Source: Octopus sinensis (Eukaryota). From it: a stretch of 64,000 bases of DNA. Positions within the stretch are counted from its first letter, which is position 1; the number at the start of each line of letters is the position of its first letter. Positions 31,427 to 44,626 of the stretch are shown in pieces. Location: contig NC_043007.1 of NCBI RefSeq assembly GCF_006345805.1, positions 75,640,001-75,704,000 of the forward strand, written 5' to 3'. A model generated the notes under the pieces. That model was not told where the DNA came from and ran no database searches. It saw nothing but the letters and a program-made list of their open reading frames with translations. Made by a program: the position numbers and the translations under genes.

Positions 31427-31851
31427 TTTTGGGATTTGGTTTGCTAGATTCTTTATGTGAGTTCGTGTGTTGAAGCATATTTTGTTGTGTCCGGGGAGAG
31501 TAATTTTCTTTTGTCCACACATATGGGGATGCACATCCATACATACAAACACGGTACATAGTTGCAAAACACACACACACTCAGACGTGCACACACATAC
31601 ATATATACATATGCATACTCACACATATATACATACATATACATGCATACATTCATACATACATGCATGCATCGGTACACACACACACACATACACACAC
31701 TGACCCACACTCATGCGCACAAACAGACAAAAAGGAATGCAGTGCAAATAACGGACTGAGTCAAGACTATTGAAAAGATTGCAAGACGCAACGAAAATTT
31801 TAGGAAAATAAAAATATGAAATAAGTGGAAATTTTACCGGTGAGTGTGTTA

Positions 31852-32367
31852 AATCTCTATATATAAAACTGTAGTTGTGTGAGTGTCTGTCCCCTTCGAT
31901 TTAGATTCCTAACTACTCCCACATTTTGCGGTGCAGTTTAACCAAATTCGGGTATCTTATAGTCGTGATTCATATCGAGCCCGTCTGAGTATTAGCGCGC
32001 GTCTACGATGAGTCTACGATTTTAAAAATAATTTAACATCATTTTTTATTCCATTTTAATGCATAATTTTTCGTGTGTCGATGGCGGCGGAGTTGGCGTC
32101 CATGGTCACACCTGCACCTGTTTGCTTCTCCCCCTTCTTCCCTCCCTCGTGAAGCTGTGGGGAAGGGAGTGTAAGGAAATCAACGTCGTAAAGCGTTGTC
32201 AAGGAGACCAGCGTTCTTTTAGAACAACGACTTCATGGCTTGAAGACACCAAAACAGAAATGGCTAAGAAAGCCCGAATTGGCATCTATAAGGGAAGTAA
32301 CTCTCTAAAAATGCTTATATAGTTATTTCCCTTACAAACCCGAGCAACGCCGGGCGATACTGCTAGT
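31852..32367 (+). mobile_element. Non-autonomous Helitron
   Basis: 5' a|TCtctatatataaaac; 3' cccgagcaacgccggg hairpin plus actgCTAG|t; homologous to 48044-48345. Confidence 0.82.
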
Positions 32368-32385
32368 ATATATATATATTTATAC

Positions 32386-32471
<86 letters not shown>

Positions 32472-32700
32472 TTCTTTACTACCCACAAGGGGCTAAACAC
32501 AGAGGGGACAAACAAGGATAGACAAACGGATTAAGTCGATTACATCGACCCCAGTGCGTAACTGGTACTTAATTTATCGACCTCGAAAGGATGAAAGGCA
32601 AAGTCAACCTCGGCGGAATTTGAACTCAGAATGTAACGGCAGACGAAATACGGCTACGCATTTCGCCCGGCGCGCTAACGATTCTGCCAGCTCGCTGCCT
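32472..32700 (-). mobile_element. SINE family 2 inserted in a (TAGA)n tract
   Basis: Full-length copy flanked by (GATA)n on both sides. Confidence 0.9.
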
Positions 32701-32704
32701 TCAC

Positions 32705-32769
<65 letters not shown>

Positions 32770-33169
32770 CAGATATGTACATCTAGTGGTAAGAAACTCT
32801 CCGATATCCAGGTTGCTAAACAATGTCAGCAGAAGGGCACCCTAGTGTCATGACCTGGATGTGTCTCGGCCCCCTTAGTAGGGTTTCTTCACTGAAGACC
32901 TTACTGTTCAGCTCTCTTGCACATACATACATACATATATACATACGACTTTACACATCACATCATATATACATCTCTCATACACACACACACACTCTTC
33001 TCATACACACACACACACTCTTATGTTGGAGCGAGGTCATTTAACCATATTATCTCCCCTAATTTCGCTCTTGCGTCTCACGTTTGATCTCTGACTTCTG
33101 GCCGAAATCAGATCGCCATGTTGATTCGCTAGCCTCTGCACGCATATTTTTTTTCGGTAAAATTACAGA

Positions 33170-33500
33170 TTAACACCCGCACGATTTTCACTAAGAAAAA
33201 AAAAAAAAACTCGGATTTTTTGCGTGGAATCAAGTACCCTGACCTCCTAATATGCTGCAAATCCCATATTTTGGTCCGGAATTGCTCCGGAAAGGGGGGG
33301 GGTTACCCCCCCCACCGGAATTTTCACAAGGAAAAAAAAAACCTCAGATTTCTTGCGTGGAATCAAGTACCCTGACCTCCTAATATGCTGCAAATCCCAT
33401 ATTTTGGTCCGGAAAGGGGGGGGCACCCCCCCCCGGAATTTTCACATGGAAAAAAAAATCAGATTTTTTGCGTAGAATCAAGTAACCTGACCTCAAAAAC
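33170..33500. repeat. ~130-bp tandem repeat (about 2.5 units) with G-run/C-run hairpins; part of a dispersed repeat also at 62315-62420
   Basis: ggaatcaagtaccctgacctcctaatatgctgcaaatcccatattt...ccggaaaggggggg...cccccccggaattttcac is repeated; an inverted copy lies at 62.3 kb. Confidence 0.85.
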
Positions 33501-34284
33501 AAAACAAAAACCGAATTTTTTAGATACCTTTCTGCTTTTTAAGACAATAAAGTGTTATTGGAGGGAAATCTTGCTGCTATTTCTAGCTGCCCGAATGACA
33601 ACATAGCAATTTACAGATAAATGAATTAATTACTATTTTACAGAATAAAATTAATGAATTAATTATATAAATTAAATAATTCTTGAAAATTAATTAATAT
33701 TAATAATATTTTTTGAACAAAGTAAATAATTTTAAAAACTTAAATAATAATTTTTTTTACAGAAACGCGAACGTATATAATTCCGTAGAATTTATCAAAT
33801 TAAAAAACGCAAAATTAATATATTTTTTGAAATTGCAAATTATTTAGAATATAAAAATATACAAAAATAAAACAAATGAAGTTAAGTTTAAAAATAAATG
33901 TGATACCTATGCTCTGTAAGTTGCTTCTTTTGTCCAATTAATATAATATATCAATAATTTGTTCACACTTCAATTTACTATTTTCTAGAAATGTTCCTTT
34001 TCTAATTGAAACCATTTTTCTACATAACCATATATAACTCCATCCAACAGATTTTTTTTAGCTTACTCCCTTATGCTAGAAATTTTTTCTCACGTGATGA
34101 TATCAAAGTGAAAAACTTTGAATTACGCGCGCTTTCGGTGGTGGTCATTAGTGAACAAATTAGTGAACATTAGTGAACCCCACTGAAAGCGCGTGTAATT
34201 CAAAGAAGAATTCAAACAGAAGAAAGAGAGAAAGAGTGGTGAAAGAGTACAGCAGGGATCACCACCCCCTGCCGGAGCGCAATA

Positions 34285-34369
34285 AACACACACAACGCCC
34301 GGTCTGGGAATCGAAACCGCGAACCTACGACCACGAGTCCGCTGCCCTAACCACTGGGCCATTGCGCCT

Positions 34370-34371
<2 letters not shown>
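34285..34371 (-). mobile_element. tRNA-like SINE head (third family or variant)
   Basis: ggaggcgcaatggcccagtggttagggcagcggactcgtgg...ggtttcgattcccagaccgggcg, followed by SINE-like body sequence rather than a tRNA terminator. Confidence 0.7.
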
Positions 34372-34437
<66 letters not shown>

Positions 34438-34651
34438 TATGCATACATACAAACATATGTACGTACCTGCATCTACATGTATATATACGTGCATATATAA
34501 ATAATATACGTAAGTACAGGACACCACAACAAGACGTAGAAATGGGAAAAACAAAAATTTACAACAAGAAAACAAGTACTGGACATGCTACACAAGGAAA
34601 AATCCACCATATATATATATATATATATATACATATGTATGTATGTATGCA

Positions 34652-34763
<112 letters not shown>

Positions 34764-34764
34764 G

Positions 34765-36790
34765 TGTGAGTTTAGAGGGAGATTATCTGAGAGGATACCG
34801 TGGTAGTTCTCAGTTATGTTCCCGGTTACGGCTAACCGCATCGATTGGTATTAACGTCTATGAATGCTAGATCACTTCAGGGATGCTTTGTCGCTCATAA
34901 GTCTTATATTTGCAATAATTATAACGATAGAGCGGGAGTATAAAGGCTGCTACATCCTCAAAAGTTGTTTCCTTTTGATTTACAGTTCATACAACGTATT
35001 TTTATGGTTACGACGATTCAGATGTGTTTCCACTGCACATAGAATGAGCAGCTGCATCATATGCAACCGGGCATAATTTCCTGTGCAATTTCGTTCAGGG
35101 TCTTTCACCCGCTTGGCTCGATTGCATATGTGCAGTAGAAAGACGTCTAGGTTGTCGTAACTATAAAAATATGTTGTATGAATTGTAAAAATTAAGAGGA
35201 AATCAATTTTGAGGATGTACCTGTCTTTATATTCTCTATCGTTATAATTATTAGGCGCAGGAGTGGCTGTGTGGTAAGTAGCTTGCTAACCAACCACATG
35301 GTTCCGGGTTCAGTCCCACTGCGTGGTACCTTGGGCAAGTGTCTTCTGCTATAGCCTCGGGCCGACCAAAGCCTTGTGAGTGGATTTGGTAGACGGAAAC
35401 TGAAAGAAGCCTGCCGTATATATCTATATATATATATATATGTATGTGTGTTTGTTTGTGTGTCTGTGTTTGTCCCCCGAGCATTGCTTGACAACCGATG
35501 CTGGTGTGTTTACGTCCCCGTCACTTAGCGGTTCGGCAAAAAGAGACCGATAGAATAAGTACTGGGCTTACAAAAAAAGAATAAGTCCCGGGGTCGAGTT
35601 GCTCGACTAAAGGCGGTGCTCCAGCATGGCCGCAGTCAAATGACTGAAACAAGTAAAAGAGTAAAAGAGAGAGAGTATACACTCCAGATAATTTTACCAT
35701 CTAGTGAAGCGAACACGGAATTATTCATCAGAGGAATTTACAGCTTAAGCGACAACTCCTAGCTGTCATAGACGTTAAATACCAACCGATGCGGTTAACC
35801 ATAACCTGGAACATAACTGAGAAATATCACGATACCCTCCCAGATAATATATTTCTCTAAACTCACATCAATGATAATTCAACGAGCGGCTAAGGCGGCA
35901 TACCAAAATATGGAGAAGATGAACATCAATACATTTCTAAAAGATATCCTGTTGCCCTCTAAAAAGGAATATAATGAAAGATCTCATCGATAAAACCGGC
36001 GATCTTTCGTCTCTAGTAGACCTTTCCGTCGATTTCCGTAAAAATTTTTTTTTTTTACATATGGGCTTGCGGGAACTTTTGAAGTAATATACATACATAT
36101 ACACATACACCGAGTAAAAAATTTCAGTTATCTCTTTCTTTCACACATTACTCTGTCTCTTCACACACACTAACAGAAGCACTTCACTTACACAACATAC
36201 TGTCTGTCTCCCACACCTCATCAAACACACACACGCACACACATGTACATCAATGCTTCACATGCACAGTAACTTCAAAAGAACTTCCCTCGTCATACAA
36301 TCGCTTTCTCTTAGTCTCTTTCGCTCTCATTACTTCAAAAGTTCCCGCAAGCCCATATGTAAAAAAAAAAGGTCTACTACAGACGAAAGATTGCCATAAA
36401 ACCAATTCCTTTATACATCGCATGAGTATCACCAAGTCCGCAACTGGTTGGATTCGAAAATGACCTGTGAAGCATAGTTAAATACATCAAATTCCGCAAA
36501 TTCTCCTTGAGGAAGAACCAACATCTTCGGAAACTGTACACACCTGTGAAGGAACTCAAGAAGCAGGACGGGATGCTTGTGCATGAAGATAAAGCTTTTT
36601 GGACCACCGCTTCGAGCCAAGCTGATTAAAAGACTATGAACGAAGCTGTGCAGAAAGTCATGCTCGGTTGCATATGCAACGACCCATACAATGTACAATG
36701 GAAACACATTTAGACCGCCGTAACCATAAAAATATGTTGTATGACTTGTAAAATAAAAGGAAAAAAATTTTGAGGATGTACCAGTCTTCA
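34765..36790. mobile_element. Cluster of nested foldback/MITE elements
   Basis: Inverted pairs: 34765-34863/35766-35867; 34950-35012/35156-35220; 35997-36088/36328-36395; 34950-35125/36610-36782. Confidence 0.75.
35254..35672 (+). mobile_element. SINE family 1, full length
   Basis: ggcgcaggagtggctgtgtggtaag...gtaaaagagtaaaag. Confidence 0.92.
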
Positions 36791-36809
36791 TATTCTTCAT
36801 ATTCATATT

Positions 36810-36851
<42 letters not shown>

Positions 36852-37215
36852 GCACATAAATTATCATCGCATTTACATTATATTTGTGTGTTACTAATAA
36901 TTAATAAATCTTATTACCTGTATATAATTAGTGTGTAAAAGAGGTAGCTCCTCAATGATCGCAAGCTTCGCACTATTTGAGAAAATTTTAGTGTGACTCC
37001 AGTATTATCAATTACGTGGATAGAAATCAACAAATCAAATTGCTGCGTCAAATTAAAATCTTAAGTTGTCTATAGGGAAATGTTTGACAATCCTTATTCT
37101 TTTATCTATATTTTTAATACGTTCGTTAACATACTTCAATAGCAAACAACATATATTGAATCATTCCATTTGAAACATTGACGTCACAGAGGGTGCGCTA
37201 TCCATCCATCCATCC

Positions 37216-37271
<56 letters not shown>

Positions 37272-37292
37272 ATCTATCTATCTATCTATCTT

Positions 37293-37427
<135 letters not shown>

Positions 37428-37589
37428 GTGATATATATACATTTCTATAATGTCGACTTTCTGTGCAACACCTTATGGTTATTAGGTAATGTAACGCCTC
37501 GTATCCCCTTCTGTTCCTCTGGACGAAATACTGCTAAGCATTATGCTCAATGTTCTAACAATTCTACCTGCTCACCGCCTCTTATCATT

Positions 37590-38370
37590 ACCATAACAGC
37601 CTCTGTTTCTGTGAGTTGGATGGTCTCGTACCTGAAGCGCTTAGGTATCCCGGTTCCAGCTGCCTTTTCCCTTAATTTTGGCATGTCCAGTTTCCCCAGC
37701 CCCACACTAAACGTTATACCTAACCTTTCCTTCCTAGAACGTCATCCCCACGAAATCTTCATGTTCATATCTTTCCTGCAAGAGTTGACCTGCCGCTATT
37801 TAAACGGAGCATTTATAGCATTAAATTCATTGCTCTTGGAGGACCTACAAAGGTTATGATAAATGTCTTCCCCACATATTCAACAAGTAAAAATACATAG
37901 TGATCTTTCGCTTTAGAGACATAAATAGGAAATGAGGAACTGAAAATGAAAGAATGCCTCAAGCTAACGATCGCCGAAGATGGATTAACTAGAATATATT
38001 TTTTATAAACAAACATTGAAGCGCTTAGTGAGTTGATATTTTAGAAATGAAGGAAATCTCGAATGACTTGCCAGCCACTTTTTCTGTTTTTATTAGAGAA
38101 TTGAAACCGAATCTCCAAACAGCCAATTATAAGTCACAGCTTAGCCATAACGTCATCTACTACCGTCTCACTGTCCTGACTTGTCCAGGTTCGAGTCCGA
38201 CCAAACTGGAGCACCTACTTTTCCGCTTTCTGTGGAAGGGACGCGTTCCACTGGTCAGGCGTTCCATTTGCTAAATGGAGGACTGGGCATGTCGTGGCTT
38301 TGATGCGCAGACATGTGCTGATCTTACAACATCTCCAGTGCTTCCTAAACGGTGAGCAGGTGTGGTACAA
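37590..38370. mobile_element. Degenerate L1/Tx1-like LINE pieces (ORF1 knuckle-like remnant on minus, RT C-terminal remnant on plus)
   Basis: YRLTVLTCP...KLEHLLFRFLWKGRVPLVRRSIC...GLGM at 38150-38300; CYKC and GETGH remnants at 37650-37830. Confidence 0.6.
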
Positions 38371-38499
38371 CAACCTGTCTCTGATCTGGTTACAAATAAA
38401 ACTTATTTAACAGTGATGAATATGTAGATTACTTTTATTCATTTAAAAGTTAGAAAGACCGAAAGTGACCATGATCTTTGCGGGCAGGTCCTCACCCTT

Positions 38500-38880
38500 G
38501 TTTCTTTATTGCCCACAAGGGGCTAAACGTAGAGGGGACAAACAAGGACAGACAAACGGATTAAATCGATTAAATCGACCCCAGTGCGTAACTGGTACTT
38601 AATTTATCGACCCAGAAAGGATGAAAGGTAAAGTCGACCTCGGCGGAATTTGAACTCAGAACGTAACGACAGATGAAATACCTATTTCTTTACTACCCAC
38701 AAGGGGCTAAACACAGAGAGGACAGACAAACGAATTAAGTCGATTATATTGACCTCAGTGTATAACTTATTTAATCGACCCCGAAAGGATGAAAGGCAAA
38801 GTCGACCTCGGCGGAATTTGAACGTAGCGGCAAACGAAATACCGCTAAGAATTTCGCCCGGCGTGCTAACGTTTCTGATT
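38500..38880 (-). mobile_element. Two SINE family 2 copies
   Basis: Consensus sequence repeated twice. Confidence 0.88.
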
Positions 38881-39674
38881 GCAATCACGCAGGTCCTCAC
38901 CCTGAGTGATAGCAATCTGAGGAAGAAAAACTGGGTGAAATGATTCATGTGAGACCTGAGTGTGTGCAGATAGTTCCGATTAGAAGAGGTTGTTGTTGTG
39001 CAACAGAAGAAGCAAAGAGAGAACGATACTTTTATGAGCTTATGGTTGAAGAATGTTGCTGAGTATATCATTACCATTTCATTGAATGAACTTTCGTTGA
39101 ATGCGATCGGAATGTCTTTCCATGAAACACTATTTCTTAACATGGTAACATTTTCTCTTGTGGGTTTTCTCTGGAAATTCATATAGTGTTAGATCTTAGG
39201 CTATATTAATGCACTTTTGTCGATATACTATACGTAGGAGAAGAGAAAATATTGTGAAATTTAGCATTCGTAATATACAAGTGTTTTATTGACATAGACA
39301 CTGTCATTGCTTTATTGGAAGAGGTGAGGTCCCAAATGAACAACAGTTACATTTTTTCTCATTGTTCAATGGAAGCAGTGATATCTAACGTGATGTGTTT
39401 ACTTCCGATACAAGATGGGATTGTTCCAAGGAAATTAAGTAGCACCAACCAATCCTCAATTACAGATTACCACTAAACAACTATTTAGAGTATACTCTCG
39501 ATTTTCTTTCACTTTGGTCGAGAGAAGAAATAGGCTTAAATTGTTGATGTAAGCATCAAGCGATGTAATAAAGCGAAATTGTTGAGTGTAAAATGATAAG
39601 TGAATCAGTTCTGTTTCGTAAGAAACTGAAGTGGAGTCATAGTTTTCTTTATTCCTGTTATTGAGGAAGAGTAG

Positions 39675-39720
39675 AAATGATGATGTGGATGATGAAGATG
39701 ATGATGATGATGATGATGAA

Positions 39721-39777
<57 letters not shown>

Positions 39778-39805
39778 GATGATGATGATAAAGATGATGA
39801 TGATT
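39675..39805. repeat. (GAT)n microsatellite
   Basis: Seen directly. Confidence 0.95.
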
Positions 39806-39959
39806 TCTTTATTAACAAGTAAAGGTATACATAAAAAAGCATTATGAACAACACAGAAAAAATACAATGCACGGTGCCAAGTGGGCCACTTTTAGTAAAC
39901 AGAACTAGTGATAAAGTCTTGTAAACAATTAAATAAAAAACAATCGAATATAACAATAA

Positions 39960-40600
39960 AATTCCCCAAAAGAGGGAGCCCTCCTAGGATTACTTGTGAA
40001 AGCCACATGAATCTACAACAGTCCTGATCACCAGGGTAAGTGCCCTTTCCACTTTGTTTACAGGCGTATGCTTAGAGTAGGCCCATTCACTCGGATCATT
40101 CTTGCGACGTTCACCCACCTTTTAACAAAATTGCTGAGGGGAAGAACTTCTATATCCAACATAATTTTCCTTTTCAAGTGAAAAGGTGGGTTAATGTCGA
40201 ACACCTGCTGTTCGACATAAACCCACAAGTCAGAAATACTCAGGCACTGGACGATAGCGTGCAGAACGGTTTCGTCACCCTGCACGCATCTCGGGCAAGC
40301 CCGGCTGACTGCATTTGTGACTGTAGAGTTTATCTCGAACGGGCAGCTCCTTCCAGTAGCACTGCCAGGCCAAGACTTTCTGGAAATTATTCATAGGCTC
40401 CAGCGCGAAAAGTCCCCAGAACAGACCAGTCAGCTCATTCTTGTCTACGCCCAGAATCTCTCCAAGAACGTCGTCGCACTTACCCGCCACTAACCCTCTA
40501 TAGAAAGCCATAATGGAACTTCCACCGACCGCATTACCTGAGAGTCAGAGGAGTGTGAGCGCCTGACGACATTCTAGCTGCCCGGCGCCCTTCCGCGGTG
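39960..40600 (-). mobile_element. L1/Tx1-like LINE 3' end fragment
   Basis: FQKVLAWQCYWKELPVRDKL...C and DETVLHAIVQC...LWVYVE (C-terminal zinc-knuckle region); A-rich tail near 39935-39960. Confidence 0.75.
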
Positions 40601-40726
40601 TATGTTTGATCTAGGACTGTAGCTCAGTCAAAGAGATAAGATTTGAGTCAAGGTAGAAAATACTGAAATAATTTTATAAGAAACATTTTAGTACTGGTTT
40701 CAATCACTGAGGCTACTTCAACTGTA

Positions 40727-41997
40727 CGAGGGACGTTCAATAAGTAATGCCCCTAACCCACACGCAGTCGTTTGATCTAGCTGAAATTTTGCATGTGCAA
40801 TTATTGATATCTTTATAGATTAAGTGGCAAATTACAGCTCTGAACTAATTGTGGTTTCTGATTTACAGATGTTTGAACTGAGTCAAGTGTGAAATGGAGC
40901 CTGTTGAGTGTCGAGCAGTGATCCGGTTTTTGTATTTGAAAGGACGCACACCACGGAAGACTTTTGATGAAATGAAAGTAACTTATGGTGATGATGCCCC
41001 ATCATATGACCTTGTGAAACGCTGGCATCGTGAATTCAAACATGGTCTGAACTCTGTGGAAACAGCTCCCAGATCTGGTCGCCCCCCCTTCTGCCATTGA
41101 TGAGGCATCTGTCCGTCAAGTTGAGGCTGCCATTTTGGAAGATCGACGCATAACTATTCGCCAAATAGCCCATGAGGTCAAGATTAGTACCGGGTCTGTG
41201 GAAATTATCATTCATGACCATTTGCATATGCAAAAGGTGTCTGCCAGATGGATTCCCAAGTTGCTCACACCTTTCGAGAAGCAAGAACGCGTCGAGTGCT
41301 CGAGGATGAATTTGGAGATGTGCCAAGAAGATGAATCAAAATTTTTCAAAAGACTGATTACACAGGATGAAACCTGAATCCATCACCATGATCCAGAGAC
41401 CAAAGCCCAGTCAATGCAGTGGAAGCACCGTGACTCACCTCCTCCAAAGAAGGCAAGGTCATGCTCACAGTCTTCTGGGACCAGGACGGAGTAATGATGA
41501 CAGATTTCCTGGCAAAGGGTACCACAATTATAGGAGCCTATTATGCTTCACTTTTGAGGAAATTAAGAGAAGCTATCAAAATCAAGAGGCGGAGCAAGAT
41601 CAGCAAAGGCATCCTCCTCCTGCAGGACAACGCTCCGGTTCACAACACGCGTGTTGCCAGATCAGAAGCACAGGCGTGCGGCTATGAACTCCTCCTCCAT
41701 CCCCTTACTCTCCTGACCTTGCACCCTCTGATTTTCAACTCTTCCCAGCCATGAAGTTGTTTTTGAAAGGAAAGCGTTTCCCAGATGATGCAGCCTTGAT
41801 TTCTGAAGTCATGTCGTGGTTGGAGGACCAAGCTGGGGTCTTCTACAAAAACGGTCTCCAGAGCTGCATCAAACGATGGGAGAAATGCGTAACTCTGAGT
41901 GGTTCCTATGTAGAAAAAGACTAATAACTGTGCCAAGTTTCGTTGCTCTACTGCTATGGGAAGTGGGTCAGGGGCATTACTTATTGAACGCCCCTCG
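40727..41997 (+). mobile_element. Full-length mariner (DD34D, irritans-like) transposon with inactivated transposase
   Basis: TA|CGAGGGACGTTCAATAAGTAATGCCCC ... GGGGCATTACTTATTGAACGCCCCTCG|TA. Motifs RAVIRFL, RSGRP, SARWIPKLL, ITQDET*, LQDNAPVH, YSPDLAPSDF; frameshifts and a stop. Confidence 0.95.
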
Positions 41998-42159
41998 TAA
42001 GTATGGAAAACAATTAAATTTTGGAAAAATTAAATGAAAAGTTGTTTAAAAGAATATTTGCATAGTATTCAAACACAAGGGGCATTTCCCTTGTTTCTGC
42101 CTGTCTCTGTCTCTCTTGTTTACTCTTGTGGGTTCGAGATCGTTGTGAATTCTTGGCAG

Positions 42160-42295
42160 AGAAGAAGAAGAAGAAGAAGAAGAAGAAGAAGAAGAAGAAG
42201 AAGAAGAAGAAGAAGAAGAAGAAGAAGAAGAAGAAGAAGAAGAAGAAGAAGAAGAAGAAGAAGAAGAAGAAGAAGAAGGAGGAGGAGAAGAATAA
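42160..42295. repeat. (GAA)n microsatellite
   Basis: Seen directly. Confidence 0.97.
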
Positions 42296-42699
42296 GCAGG
42301 AGTTAGCAGTTGGATGTTAAATGGTCAAGTGACCTAAAAGTGACTCGTTGTGGATTATAGCAATGATTGGGACCGTTTATATATATATAATGTTATGGTC
42401 GGTCATTGGTTTCTCATCTATAAAGAGCTCAGCAGTATAGGTGACTCGTCAGAATCAAATGGCTGATGGCGCATAACTTCTCTATAACTGAAGGAAGATA
42501 GCATTTAACTTCCTAAAAAATATATTACTGATTTAATGCTTTAGTGTGTGCTTCTTTTTCGGAAATATGAACAACTGAATATTCTTAAGGCACCTCGGTT
42601 GCGGAGCAATTTACAAAAGGGTGCCAGGTGGTTTGTGTTCTATAGCAGTACCGTTGGCTGTGCACCTCTGCATAATCACAAAAGCTACTGTCTCATGGG

Positions 42700-43270
42700 T
42701 ACTATGGAGTTATACGATCTCGATTATTCGACAACAAATATACCAACACCATCAAACGAACTTTCCAAAAAAAAAAAAAATGCTGCTCGAAAAGATTATC
42801 AACCTCATAGGACGGATGAGATGGAAGGCATACTTCTACAATCAACGCACGCCATTCTCAGAAGCCAGCGCGTACGGTATTAAGTGCTGGAGGTTCCCAT
42901 CTAGAATCAAAGACCGCGAAACCTTCGAAGCAGACCTACTGGGTATCAGCCCAAAGTTGAGATTCGGTAAGGCCCTTACTCATTTCAGCTCAAACTCCGC
43001 TCTGACTTACGACTGCTAAAAATCTCTGTCAGGTCCTTACTCTTTTCCGATAAAACTAAAAAAAAAACTTTATACGGTTGATACAAGCACATACGATAGG
43101 ACTTTTAGAAGACAACATAACGCAGAAATATGGACGCGTTTCCCCACACACATACATCAACATTAACAATGAAGCCAAACAGTTACCCAACAATCTACAT
43201 ATACCCGATAGGGTAGAAGTATTAGCTAAGAGGAATGCCTTTATCACCATTAAGGAGTATAAACAAAACT
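42700..43270 (+). mobile_element. Penelope-like element N-terminal fragment (degenerate)
   Basis: KIINLIGRMRWKAYFY and LLEDNITQKY...INNEAK...DRVEVLAKRNAFITIK. Confidence 0.7.
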
Positions 43271-43825
43271 TGGATCTTTGTGGTTTTCGTCACTATCTAC
43301 AATTTTGTTCCAATTGTTTTCTAATTTGATATATGGATTAGGTTTTGTATACTAATTATGAAAACGAAATTAATTTTTCCTATAAATCCATAACTAAAAA
43401 GTGGTTAGCCTTTAAAATTTGCAAAATTTGGGTATTTTAGCCATTCAGAAGCAAGAATTTTACACATCGCCGTGGCGAAAAACTCTTTTTCCATAGTAAC
43501 CAAAGATGCTGCGGATATACGAGATACGAGAAAGATAATCTACTATAATAATACTCTTGTGTTTTTCTCCATCACAACATATGAATGAAAAAGGAAGGGG
43601 TGATAGATGAATAAAGAAGGAAGAGGTAAAGGCAAACTGGTAGTGGAAGCGTTTCAACTCTGTGTATGTAAATGGAAGGTATGTGAATGTTTGTGTGCGC
43701 GCGTGTGTGTATGTGTACATGCACATCAGAGTTCAAGGTCGATGTGCCAGGTGGATTCACTCTGTGTGCTTTAGCTTCGTTACTATGGCAACAATCTGGA
43801 TACTTACTGATCAGACTACACACAC

Positions 43826-44620
43826 ATCTATCTATCTATATAATACTGGGAATGTGTATCTGTCTATCTGTATGTGTGAATCCCTAAAACTCGAGAAGTA
43901 CCCAACCGATTTCATTCAAATTTTAAACATGCATTACATAGGGTTCATGGAGTGTCATGGACGAAAAAACTTTTAACTTCTTACTTAATGCGGGCCCGGA
44001 GCAATCTTTTACACTGGTTTGGTATTATGTGTTATAAGTGAATATTGTTTCACTTTTATTCTTTCATTTTTAATCCTAATGTGATAAGACTCATGGGGTA
44101 TGATATGAGTGTCATTTCAATTAAAACAATGTAACATTTTATAGATAATCTTTCTATAGTCAAATATAGTACAAGATATTTTATACCACGATGATGACGA
44201 CGTCACATTTTGTTTATGTGTGTGTATTAATGTGTATGTGTGCTTCCGCGTTCGGCAACATCACTTTTTGTATGAGTGTCTGTGTGTGGGTGTTTGCGTG
44301 TTCGATACGTACGAGATAGTAAAGGACATTTTATAATATGACAACGTCACATTTTGTATATGAGTGTGTATGTATGAGTATGTCTCTGTGACTTGTGTTT
44401 CCGCATTAGGTACGTTATTCGACATACACACACATCTACACATACAGATATATATATGTGATGACTGGCATGTGTGAATGTATGCTTGTGTCTCTCTTAC
44501 TATATGTATATGACAACGAGAGAGTGTAAGTATGTATAGCGTCACATTTTGTATATGAATGTGTGGGTGTATGCGTTCGTTGTGAACATTATTAAACACA
44601 CACACATCTGCACATGCATA
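43826..44620 (+). repeat. Helitron-like 5' end followed by degenerate ~140-190-bp tandem units (acgtcacattttgt)
   Basis: tctatataatactgggaatgtgtatctgtc start; the motif recurs at ~44200, ~44345 and ~44540. Confidence 0.5.
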
Positions 44621-44626
44621 TATATA

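Noticed and set aside
34285-34371. tRNA gene (likewise the heads at 8505, 35254 and 53923)
   Set aside because: The A/B boxes are followed by SINE bodies present in many copies; a complete cloverleaf with terminator was not evident.
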